Source of the DNA: a virus
Taxonomy: Duplodnaviria > Caudoviricetes
Reading direction: 5' to 3' (one strand)
IMG/VR virus record: IMGVR_UViG_3300032024_000049
Location: 1 to 43,137 of that record
Length of the DNA stretch: 43,137 nt
A program made the translations under genes and the position numbers. The first letter of the stretch is position 1, and the number at the start of each line of letters is the position of its first letter. Positions 27,595 to 35,145 of this stretch are shown here, piece after piece. Under the pieces are notes generated by a model. That model was not told where the DNA came from. It was given only the letters and a program-made list of their open reading frames with translations, and made no database searches.

Positions 27595-27821
27595 GGCGTC
27601 AGATGCACAATGCGCACGTCCTTCGCCCATGATTTCCCGTCGAGGTACATCCCGACGTTGAAAAATTTGTTCTTGCGCAGGTTGAAAATCACCTCGGTTC
27701 CGTCGTGCTCGGAAACCTTCACGCGTTGCGCTTTGGCGTGCGTCAGTTCGCGGCCGTCGCTTATCAGCAACAGGTCGCCTTCGCGCACATGGTCAATCTT
27801 TACCAGCGGTTCAATCTGCAT
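27582..27821 (-). CDS. Gene-cassette ORF, 79 aa, antisense to attC
   Basis: Purine-rich RBS; fills the space between the two attC sites; stop codon lies inside attC1 (ends ...TPSNA*). Confidence 0.75.
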   Translation of the reverse strand: MQIEPLVKIDHVREGDLLLISDGRELTHAKAQRVKVSEHDGTEVIFNLRKNKFFNVGMYLDGKSWAKDVRIVHLTPSNA

Positions 27822-27902
27822 TTCTTTCCCTTTCTCAACCAGCCTTCTAACTCCACGGTGCAGCGGACCTTCGCTGCGCTCAGTCCGCTAACCTACGGCG
27901 CG
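27589..27902 (+). mobile_element. Complete integron-type gene cassette (~314 bp)
   Basis: Left core GTTAGAAGGC (27588-27597) is the exact reverse complement of GCCTTCTAAC (27842-27851) at R'' of attC2. Confidence 0.75.
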
Positions 27903-27908
27903 TTAATC
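27845..27908 (+). mobile_element. Integron attC-like site 2 (degenerate right end)
   Basis: R'' TTCTAAC, TCCAC, L'' GGTGCAGC, stem AGCGGAC/GTCCGCT, L' GCTAACC, 8 nt, GTTAATC. Confidence 0.68.
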
Positions 27909-27973
27909 CTGAAAAGTTGGGCAACAGCGACGCCCGCCAGCAACCAAAGGAGCAAGAGGGCGGCGGCTGTCAT
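27893..27973 (-). CDS. 26-aa hydrophobic peptide whose C-terminus runs into attC2
   Basis: MTAAALLLLWLLAGVAVAQLFRINAP*; ATGA overlap with the stop of the upstream HTH gene. Confidence 0.5.
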   Translation of the reverse strand: MTAAALLLLWLLAGVAVAQLFRINAP

Positions 27974-28152
27974 TTTGGATAATCCTTGCAATTTCGGGTT
28001 TGCTCTTGGAGCTTCCAAGCCTTATACCAAGGGGCCATGTAAATTGCGGAACGGGTCAAACCAACTTTAGCGGCCGCGGCGTAGGGTGTAACGCCCCGTT
28101 CCGTCACCATCTTGCGGGCTTTGACCATTGCGGCGGATTCGCGGGCGGCCAT
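27970..28152 (-). CDS. Small helix-turn-helix DNA-binding protein
   Basis: GVTPYAAAAKVGLTRSAIY HTH pattern; GAGG RBS. Confidence 0.75.
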   Translation of the reverse strand: MAARESAAMVKARKMVTERGVTPYAAAAKVGLTRSAIYMAPWYKAWKLQEQTRNCKDYPK

Positions 28153-28370
28153 TATTCAGCCCTCGTAAAGTAGGCGCAATGGTCTTTAAGGTCGTCGCGA
28201 CGATTGATGTGACCGCCGTGAGGGGCCGGCGCTTTCCTAATCCAATACATGCTTGCCGGCAATTCTGGCATTTTATACGGGTAGGCGCACCGTCCGTCGC
28301 CGGAAGGATGCAGTCGACCGGACGCGGTTTTATTCCAATCAGCATGCTTGCAATTTGTGCAATTTTTCAT
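28152..28370 (-). CDS. Cys-rich hypothetical protein
   Basis: MKNCTNCKHA.W..T..GRLHPSGDGRC; GGAG RBS. Confidence 0.7.
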   Translation of the reverse strand: MKNCTNCKHADWNKTASGRLHPSGDGRCAYPYKMPELPASMYWIRKAPAPHGGHINRRDDLKDHCAYFTRAE

Positions 28371-28372
28371 GG

Positions 28373-28864
28373 CTACTCGCTCCCCAGCAATTCGGTAAGG
28401 CCCTGCAGCGTGTGGGTGGCTTTCTTGATATCCAGCATACCCCCCTTGTCTTTCTCCCGCGCCAGGTACGCAATCGCCGTACCCTTCATGTACCCGCGGA
28501 ACTCTTCGGGCGTAAGCCATCGCTGCAAGACTTCCCACGGCTGATAGTCCCCCAGCTTTTTGTAATGGTCCCCGCCCTCTTGCACGTCAAGCGCCGACAT
28601 AGCTTCGGCCACGGTGGGCAGCGGTTCGCCGTCAACCTCAAAGATTGTCGCAACTTCGGAAGTATTAACGTCACCCGTGCCGCTGGCTCCCTGGTAATGG
28701 GTAATCGACTCGTTCGAGTTGTAAACCACGAACACGGCGCCGGATTCCCGGTCGGTAAGTTTGGTCCCAGCCTTGTATTGCACTTCGTACCCCTTGTTTA
28801 AACAAAATCCCAAGCATTCCCCTTCCGGAGAGTTGCAACCGCTCCCGACGTGCGGGCAAGTCAT
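28373..28864 (-). CDS. DUF3310-like protein with N-terminal extension
   Basis: QEGGDHYK...QPWE...F.GY.KG.AI.YL.R...KGG..D..KA. Confidence 0.75.
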   Translation of the reverse strand: MTCPHVGSGCNSPEGECLGFCLNKGYEVQYKAGTKLTDRESGAVFVVYNSNESITHYQGASGTGDVNTSEVATIFEVDGEPLPTVAEAMSALDVQEGGDHYKKLGDYQPWEVLQRWLTPEEFRGYMKGTAIAYLAREKDKGGMLDIKKATHTLQGLTELLGSE

Positions 28865-29184
28865 TTGGCGCACTCCTTGTTGACGTATTCCTGGGCCGCC
28901 CAATCGACTTGCCATTCCTCAAAAGGAACCATGTCGGCATTTTTCAGGCGGGTAATAATGTAAATCAACGCTTCCGCCGCATGGTCACGACTCGCCGGGA
29001 ACGGTTGCCGCTTCATCCGGTATTCCATGGCCGCCCGGTACGCCGGCAACGGTGGATTGGCAGGGTCGAGCGTGACAAGCATATAAGCTTCGTGGGCCAC
29101 GCGGACCCCTTGCAAACATGAATTGTCGCCAGCCTGGGCGTCGCCCCATGCTGCAAAAGCAAGGATTAAGAGAATTACGCGCAT
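28861..29184 (-). CDS. Putative exported protein
   Basis: Signal-peptide-like MRVILLILAFAAWGDAQA; AGGAG RBS. Confidence 0.65.
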   Translation of the reverse strand: MRVILLILAFAAWGDAQAGDNSCLQGVRVAHEAYMLVTLDPANPPLPAYRAAMEYRMKRQPFPASRDHAAEALIYIITRLKNADMVPFEEWQVDWAAQEYVNKECAK

Positions 29185-29196
29185 GGTGTGGGCTCC

Positions 29197-29427
29197 TTAT
29201 TCGAGGGCTTCATTAAGCGAAGAGTCGATATCGTCAAATGCCGACAGTGCGTTATCCAGCGCGTTTGCGGCATTTTCGGAAGCCTGGCCGCGTTCGGATT
29301 GCTGCAAGCCTTCCGGCATATTATCAAAGGCGTCTTGTTCCTCATTTTGCAGGGTTTCCACGCGGGAACGAAGGTCGGCCAGTTCGTTAAGGACGGCTTC
29401 AATTTCTTTGCGACGTTGGTTGTTCAT
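29197..29427 (-). CDS. Small acidic coiled-coil phage protein
   Basis: MNNQRRK...EEQDAFDNMPEGLQ.SERG; first gene after a class A promoter. Confidence 0.8.
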   Translation of the reverse strand: MNNQRRKEIEAVLNELADLRSRVETLQNEEQDAFDNMPEGLQQSERGQASENAANALDNALSAFDDIDSSLNEALE

Positions 29428-29459
29428 GGTTCGCGCTCCGGTTTATTGTTGACGCCCTC

Positions 29460-29488
29460 AATATAGCTAAATAATTTATCTACGTCAA
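29460..29488 (-). promoter_or_regulatory. Class A promoter/operator overlapping the DNA polymerase stop codon
   Basis: Minus strand TTGACG-TAGATAAATTATTTAGC-TATATT. Confidence 0.85.
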
Positions 29489-31501
29489 CTGATAAAAGCC
29501 GACATCTTTAAGCATCGCTTCGGCCTTGCCGACGTACCACGCATAGTCGATATCGTCCGGGAATTCGTCCGGTAGCGTCATGCACGGGCGGGCACCATAG
29601 GAAAGGCTTACCGTGTTGCCGTTGCTGGCGTAGACGATGGGGCCAGGCGCTTGCGTGCTGTAGTACCAGCGCACCACCTTTCCCAAATACTCCGGCGTTT
29701 GCTGGGCAAAGCAACTTTGGTACGCTGTGGCCGCGTCCGTCACGCTGTCACCCTTGCGCCACTTGCGGCCCTCTTTGGTCCAACCGTTGGCGGCCAGGGT
29801 GCCGACCATGTCCATGACCCGGGCGCCCTTGCGCGGCCCTTCGCCCCACATTTTGACGCCGCCCCCGTTGACCTTCTGGATGGTTATGAATTTGGTAATG
29901 TCCCGGCATGCGGCTATGGTGTAGTCGACTGGCACGCCCTTTGCCAAGAATTCGGCCGCGGCGTCCGCGCAAATCTCGACGTCGGGGTTCTTCTTTTCAA
30001 CCAAGCCGCCCTTGCCATACTCACCTTTGCGCTTCACGTCGTCCGCGGTCTTGATGGCGAAATAGTTGTTCACGTCACGGGCGTAAATCGCCAAGTAATC
30101 GTCGGTTTCCATTTCCAGCCCCGTACGCTTTTCCCATTCGGCAATCAGGGCTTCCGATACGTGCAGCTTGTCCCGCGGGCAGTTCACCACAATGCCGTCG
30201 GTATTGGCTGAAATGACCGGGACGCCGTAAAGTTCGTGCCATTCAATCAGCATCAAAAGGGACAATTGGCCGGTCAACGTGGTTTGAATCAACATTTCAG
30301 GGGCAAAAAGTACGCTGTACGGGCTCCCGGTCTTCCCAAAGGTGCCGTTAATCATGATCTTGCCGCCCTCGTTGCCGACCTTAGCTTCCTCATATTCCGG
30401 GCTGCTTGTGTCCCCGGCCTTCTTTAATTTGCCTTGAAGTGACTTTGCGGCCAGGCGGTCCAACTTAATGGCGTCAAATTCCCGAATGAAGGCGTCGCCC
30501 AAGGCCGGCGGCCATGCTCCGGCGTTGACCATCAAATTGGGGTAATAGCTAGCAACGTCCGGCATGCGGATTTGGTGCGTTTCGCTGCTGACGGCGACTA
30601 GCCTTTTCTCCTGGGAGTGCAAGCCGCCGATGCCCATTTTATAGACCGACCCGCCAAGTTTAATTTCCAGCCCGTCAAGCTGTGGCGGCATGGCGACGGT
30701 GCCCTTGGCGTCAAGCTGAAAAATGGATTGCTGCACCAGTTCAAGCGCCCTTTGCAATTGGGGCGACGCGTAGGAAATGAACGCCGGCACCTTGTACCGA
30801 AATTTCAAGTTCCAATCAATTTCCGGCTTGAAGATGCGCCGCCCCGTGGCCTGTTCGCATCGGCGCTTCAATACGGCTTCCGCGACCTGGGCATCGGACT
30901 TGCTCCGAAGGTCCAACCCGTATCGCTTGCCCAAGGCTTCCCGCTGGTGGATTTGCGGCTGCAGGGCGTCAAAGAGGGCTTCCAGCACAGCAAGGTCGTT
31001 TTCGCAATACGTGTCGACCTCCACAATCTCCGCTTCCGTGACATAGTGGCCCGGGTCATACGGCAAGTCGCGCATGGTCTTACAGTGAATCCGGCCGGCG
31101 TATTGCTTTTGGGAGCCGGCGCCGGGCGCCACTTCCATTACGTCGATATGGTCCGCGGGGCGCCACTCCGGCAAGCCGAGTTCCCAAGGCTTCACCTTTT
31201 CAACGATGATACGGTCGTTAAGCCATTTCAATTGCTCCGCGGTGTAGCCGGACAGCGCCGCGGTAATCATGGGGACGTCGTAATAGTTGCCGTTGAAGCT
31301 GACGGAGCAATAGGCGTCGAACAGTAGCCGAATGCGGGCGGCCGTGGCCTGGTCAAACGCTTGACCGGCGCGAAGCCGGAAGCCATACGCCCGGCCGCCA
31401 CGGGGGCGGAATTTCAACAACCAATAGTTTGGGAAACATTCCGTGTCGTAAAACGCGACCGGGCGCGTTGCTGGGGCTGGTGGGGGCGGTGGCGCAATCA
31501 T
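29480..31501 (-). CDS. DNA polymerase, family B-like, with N-terminal 3'-5' exonuclease
   Basis: Exonuclease motifs YDTEC, FNGNYYD, YCEND; polymerase motifs DVASYYP, KIMINGTFG, ANTDG. Confidence 0.9.
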   Translation of the reverse strand: MIAPPPPPAPATRPVAFYDTECFPNYWLLKFRPRGGRAYGFRLRAGQAFDQATAARIRLLFDAYCSVSFNGNYYDVPMITAALSGYTAEQLKWLNDRIIVEKVKPWELGLPEWRPADHIDVMEVAPGAGSQKQYAGRIHCKTMRDLPYDPGHYVTEAEIVEVDTYCENDLAVLEALFDALQPQIHQREALGKRYGLDLRSKSDAQVAEAVLKRRCEQATGRRIFKPEIDWNLKFRYKVPAFISYASPQLQRALELVQQSIFQLDAKGTVAMPPQLDGLEIKLGGSVYKMGIGGLHSQEKRLVAVSSETHQIRMPDVASYYPNLMVNAGAWPPALGDAFIREFDAIKLDRLAAKSLQGKLKKAGDTSSPEYEEAKVGNEGGKIMINGTFGKTGSPYSVLFAPEMLIQTTLTGQLSLLMLIEWHELYGVPVISANTDGIVVNCPRDKLHVSEALIAEWEKRTGLEMETDDYLAIYARDVNNYFAIKTADDVKRKGEYGKGGLVEKKNPDVEICADAAAEFLAKGVPVDYTIAACRDITKFITIQKVNGGGVKMWGEGPRKGARVMDMVGTLAANGWTKEGRKWRKGDSVTDAATAYQSCFAQQTPEYLGKVVRWYYSTQAPGPIVYASNGNTVSLSYGARPCMTLPDEFPDDIDYAWYVGKAEAMLKDVGFYQLT

Positions 31502-31887
31502 TGCACTTGCCACGCTTCAAGGCCGTACTCTTGAGCAACTTCCCGCGCTTTTGTTGCTGCGGATTCCTGTTCAGCCCGACAAAATTCCATGAACGGACGC
31601 CCCGGCTTGACTCCCTGGCGGTGCGCTTGGTCTTGCTTTACCTGCATGGCGATATGTTCCCGGCTATTGCGGTAAGCCTTTTGGGCGGCCAGTTTGCGCC
31701 CGTCAACTTCGGTTTGAATGGCGACCTTAATTTCCTTGGAATTAAGCCCGGTGTGGCGGGTGGCACAAACGGAACCGTAATGCAGAATTTCCCCGTTAAC
31801 CTCAACAATCACGGTCGCTTTAAGGTTGGTTTTTCCGCAGCAATCACAAGTATTCACGGCGTCGTCGGTTCCAAGGATTTTAAACAT
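31498..31887 (-). CDS. Hypothetical protein with Zn-finger N-terminus
   Basis: CDCCGKTNLK...YGSVCA; GGAG RBS after a class A promoter. Confidence 0.8.
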   Translation of the reverse strand: MFKILGTDDAVNTCDCCGKTNLKATVIVEVNGEILHYGSVCATRHTGLNSKEIKVAIQTEVDGRKLAAQKAYRNSREHIAMQVKQDQAHRQGVKPGRPFMEFCRAEQESAATKAREVAQEYGLEAWQVQ

Positions 31888-31922
31888 TTTTCTTTGCTCC
31901 GGTTCGTTGAGTTGATGGACGA

Positions 31923-31951
31923 AGTATAGATAAATTATTTATCTATGTCAA
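31923..31951 (-). promoter_or_regulatory. Class A promoter/operator
   Basis: Minus strand TTGACA-TAGATAAATAATTTATC-TATACT. Confidence 0.9.
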
Positions 31952-32225
31952 CAGCTTTTTACAGCCAGCGCACGCCGGGTCATCAAAGCGCGTCACCGTG
32001 TGGCATTCAACGCTCGACACGTCGACCACCCATACCATTTGCGGCAACACCACCTTGTGGCCGCACTCGCCGACCTGAGCCATTTTGTAGCCGTTCGCGC
32101 AATTGTTCGGCCGTGGGATATTTGCCAATTCCCATGCCAACCGTAGCGACGCCGGACATTTCGCCGTCAGTAATGTGGACCTTCAGTTCAACTTCGACCG
32201 GCCCTTGTATTTTCGTTTCGCTCAT
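31943..32225 (-). pseudogene. Probable chimeric or degraded genes (MSETKIQ.. plus an out-of-frame Cys-rich C-terminus)
   Basis: Protein-like sequence switches frame near 32100, from ..AEQLRERL to ..VECHTVTRFDDPACAGCKK. Confidence 0.4.
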
Positions 32226-32226
32226 T

Positions 32227-32652
32227 TCAATACTTCTTCCCGCCGTCGGCCTTGCGGTTTTCGGGCTTGTGGTCCGGGCGGTTGCGGTTGTATTCCATCT
32301 TTTCCGCGATAGCCCCGCCAAGGTCAAGACCAAGGGCGCCGGCCAAGTCCGCGATGCGGATAACTGCGTCGGCTAGTTCCACTTCAATCATGGGGCGGTG
32401 CGGAAGCTTGTCGTCGGCCAGGCCCTTGCGGTGCCCTTCCATTGCCTCCGAAACTTCGGAATGAATCAAGCACAATTTTTGTGCGACCAAAGCCTTACCG
32501 AATCGCCCGTCGCCGCGAACTTCAGCAACGTCATAGGGTAGGTCGCCGGTTTGCTCAAGTTCGCCCCACCAGCCGGCGGCGGCGCTGGCACCGTGGCAGT
32601 AGTCGACCAACACGTTGCCGGCGTCCTTAATATCCTCGAAAGGAAATTTCAT
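32227..32652 (-). CDS. MazG-like nucleotide pyrophosphohydrolase
   Basis: LIHSEVSEAMEG.RK...EVELADAVIRI.DL...KM.YN..R. Confidence 0.85.
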   Translation of the reverse strand: MKFPFEDIKDAGNVLVDYCHGASAAAGWWGELEQTGDLPYDVAEVRGDGRFGKALVAQKLCLIHSEVSEAMEGHRKGLADDKLPHRPMIEVELADAVIRIADLAGALGLDLGGAIAEKMEYNRNRPDHKPENRKADGGKKY

Positions 32653-32663
32653 TTTCGTACCTC

Positions 32664-32694
32664 AAAAGTAAGCCCGGCCCCGAAGGGCCAGGCG
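32664..32694 (-). terminator. Intrinsic terminator after the SSB-like gene
   Basis: Minus strand GCCTGGCCC-TTCG-GGGCCGGGC-TTACTTTT. Confidence 0.8.
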
Positions 32695-32700
32695 GTTGCG

Positions 32701-33777
32701 TTAAGCCAGCATCAAGCCGTTTTGGACCAACTGAGCGTCGGACCAGCCGGCGGCGACGTACGCTTCATAGGTCACGCCTTGGGCGTTGGCCGTCATTTGG
32801 CGCACAGGAATTACCGGAGCGGGTGGCGGTGCCATGGGGGCCGGAGCCGGCGGGGGAACCTGCACAAAGCCCGGGTTAGGAGTAACCGGGATGGGCGCAG
32901 GCGCACCCGGGACAGGGGCGTAAGGCATCGGCACAGAACCAGCGGGCGCCAAAGGGGCCGGAGCAACCCCCGGGATTTGCGGCACGCCAGCGGGCACGGG
33001 CGGCGGCACAGAACCAGCGGGCGCCAAAGGGGCCGGAGCAACCCCCGGGATTTGCGGCACGCCAGCGGGCACGGGCGGCGGCGCATAGCCAACAGGGGCG
33101 CCAGGAAGCGCCGGAGCGGCGGCGGGGGCCTGGGGCATCGGGATTGCGCCGGCCGGCGGCGTCATGCTGGCGCCAACAGGCAAAGCCGATTGGCCGAAAC
33201 CAGCCGAAGCAACGTCGGGGCCAAAGGAAATTTCAGGACCATAGGCGCGGAAACAGACCATTGAATGATTGATGTAGACGCCCGGCTGGCTTTGCGAACC
33301 ATTGCCGTCGACGCTAAATGCAACCTCCACAAAATAGCCCGGCTTGCAAAAGTCTTTTTGCATGACTTGGACATAGCCGGCGCCCTCTTGCTGGTACACC
33401 TTCGGGGCAAAGCCGCCGGAGAATTTCAGAATCCAGTGACCGCGCCAGCCTTCATTTTCGACCGGCTTGCGACCCTTCTTGTTCGGAATCTGGCTGTCGC
33501 CGTCTTCGATCTTCCACGCGAAGGCCGGGGATTGGGCGGCGTTCGGGAAAGCCTGATTGCCGACGTTCCAGATTTGTTGCCCCCAAGGCGTATGCGCCCA
33601 ATGCGGTTCAGCACCCTTCGGGATTGCCAGGGCGAAGAAGTAGTTAACGCGGGGCTGGCCGGCGTTCGGGCCGGTCTTCACGACCAGCGGTTTGCCTTCG
33701 GCGTCCGTGGTGCTGGGGTCGTAGAGCGAACCCATGACAATGCGACCGACGGGGGAAGTGATATTTACTTTTGCCAT
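32701..33777 (-). CDS. Single-stranded DNA-binding protein-like, with Pro/Ala-rich tail
   Basis: GRIV.GS...FAWKIEDGD...K.GY.V.V....GN.....PGVYIN; sits beside the Cas4-like gene. Confidence 0.75.
   Translation of the reverse strand: MAKVNITSPVGRIVMGSLYDPSTTDAEGKPLVVKTGPNAGQPRVNYFFALAIPKGAEPHWAHTPWGQQIWNVGNQAFPNAAQSPAFAWKIEDGDSQIPNKKGRKPVENEGWRGHWILKFSGGFAPKVYQQEGAGYVQVMQKDFCKPGYFVEVAFSVDGNGSQSQPGVYINHSMVCFRAYGPEISFGPDVASAGFGQSALPVGASMTPPAGAIPMPQAPAAAPALPGAPVGYAPPPVPAGVPQIPGVAPAPLAPAGSVPPPVPAGVPQIPGVAPAPLAPAGSVPMPYAPVPGAPAPIPVTPNPGFVQVPPPAPAPMAPPPAPVIPVRQMTANAQGVTYEAYVAAGWSDAQLVQNGLMLA
32929..33082 (-). repeat. 75-bp exact tandem duplication
   Basis: PPPVPAGVPQIPGVAPAPLAPAGSV twice. Confidence 0.9.
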
Positions 33778-33789
33778 GTTGCGGGCTCC

Positions 33790-33996
33790 TTATTTCTTGG
33801 ACTTGCTTGTGGACTTCGCGGGCTTGACGTCCACGACGGGGGTTTCGGTTTCATCGGCAACGAATGCGGGGAAGTGGCCGCGAATCATGCCATGTTCGCC
33901 ACGCGCCCAAAGGTTACGAAACACCCCGGCGTCGCCTTCGTCCGCCAGATTGGCCGCGAATGCTTCGGCGTCGGCGTCGGTCTTCTTAATTTCCAT
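33790..33996 (-). CDS. Hypothetical protein
   Basis: AGGAG RBS; fills the intergenic gap exactly. Confidence 0.7.
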   Translation of the reverse strand: MEIKKTDADAEAFAANLADEGDAGVFRNLWARGEHGMIRGHFPAFVADETETPVVDVKPAKSTSKSKK

Positions 33997-34008
33997 TTTG
34001 CATACTCC

Positions 34009-35145
34009 TTAGTTTGTGGTGCCGAAGACGCGACGCGCATCGGCGGGATTATCGGGAACCAACTTTATAGACCCCAATGGAGTGATACTGTAAGCCTTAA
34101 TGACGGCTTCGTCAACACCCGACTTTAATGCTTGCTTCGGGGTCTTGACGCCAGGCTTTGAAAGGTCGACGCCCATGAGCGAACCCATGGCAAGCACTTG
34201 GTCGACGGGCATGGTCCATTGCGGGCGACCGTAGCCTTGTTCCGCACGGTGCCAGGGTACGGAATGCCCTTGGCGGATGTAGGTTGCTACGGCTTCCCGC
34301 ATGCCTTCGACGCGGGCGGTCAATCGTTCTAACGACCGTTCCATCATCTTTAGCTCAAGGCTGGCGGCGGCCGGCGGCAATTCAACGGGCGGGGATTTTA
34401 CGGCAAATTCCGCGTCGTAATAGGCCGCTTGCTGCAGGGCCGGGCAAGCATGGCGCCCCGGGCAATCTCCGCATTCTGGATTCGTGACAGCCGGCGGATT
34501 GGGGGCCAGGGCGACCCTTGCAGCGTTGGCAAGCTGGTTGGTGTGGGCGCGAAGGTCCGAAGCCACGACCGACCAAGTACGAACCGGTGACCCCTTGTAG
34601 AAGCATCGCGGCTGTATGACGGTAATTCGCACGCGGACGGCCTGGTCGAAAATGCCGACGCCCTTGCTCAACAGGTGCGCCAAATGCTCAACGATGCCGG
34701 ATGTATATGCCACACATTGGTCGTTTTCGTACTCGTCAACGAAGCGGTGCCCGAACTTGTAGTCGATAACGTCAAGGACATAGGTCGAGCAATCAAACGC
34801 CCAAATATCAGGGGTGCCGAAGCATTCCGGATGAATCGCCGGAATAGCGACCCGCTGTTCAACGTTCAACGGTACGCCGGCCGGAACCAGCGCCCGCGCC
34901 GTATCGACCACAAGTTCCCCGCCCTCTATCATTTCTTCGGTAATAAAAACACCGTTGGGGGCTTGCATTCCTTCAAGCACCGGACGCCCCGCCAGCATTT
35001 CCGCAAAGACCCAATGGGCCGCGTTACCTTCCAAACTCTCCGGCGTGTCCGGTTGCGGGTAAGCCTGGTTCATGGCGACCCAAAGGCCGCACAGTTTCCA
35101 AGCCCCCGCACCCGAAGGTGGAAGGATTGAATGGGCGCCGCTCAT
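34009..35145 (-). CDS. Cas4-like/PD-(D/E)XK exonuclease (DUF2800-like)
   Basis: HS.L.PS....W..C, EG.AAH, FGTPD, IDYKFG, IQPR and C..CPG...C motifs. Confidence 0.88.
   Translation of the reverse strand: MSGAHSILPPSGAGAWKLCGLWVAMNQAYPQPDTPESLEGNAAHWVFAEMLAGRPVLEGMQAPNGVFITEEMIEGGELVVDTARALVPAGVPLNVEQRVAIPAIHPECFGTPDIWAFDCSTYVLDVIDYKFGHRFVDEYENDQCVAYTSGIVEHLAHLLSKGVGIFDQAVRVRITVIQPRCFYKGSPVRTWSVVASDLRAHTNQLANAARVALAPNPPAVTNPECGDCPGRHACPALQQAAYYDAEFAVKSPPVELPPAAASLELKMMERSLERLTARVEGMREAVATYIRQGHSVPWHRAEQGYGRPQWTMPVDQVLAMGSLMGVDLSKPGVKTPKQALKSGVDEAVIKAYSITPLGSIKLVPDNPADARRVFGTTN
34087..34115 (-). promoter_or_regulatory. Class B promoter/operator inside the nuclease CDS, upstream of the SSB operon
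   Basis: Minus strand TTGACG-AAGCCGTCATTAAGGCT(17)-TACAGT. Confidence 0.7.

Noticed and set aside
27512-27908. Ordinary terminators or REP elements as the explanation for the hairpins
   Set aside because: No U-tracts; AAC/GTT cores, L boxes at 5-nt spacing and cross-site 10-nt complementarity fit attC better. Not formally excluded without a covariance-model search.
34009-35145. CRISPR-Cas adaptation system based on the Cas4-like gene
   Set aside because: No cas1/cas2 or array; standalone Cas4-like nucleases next to SSB and polymerase genes are common in phages.
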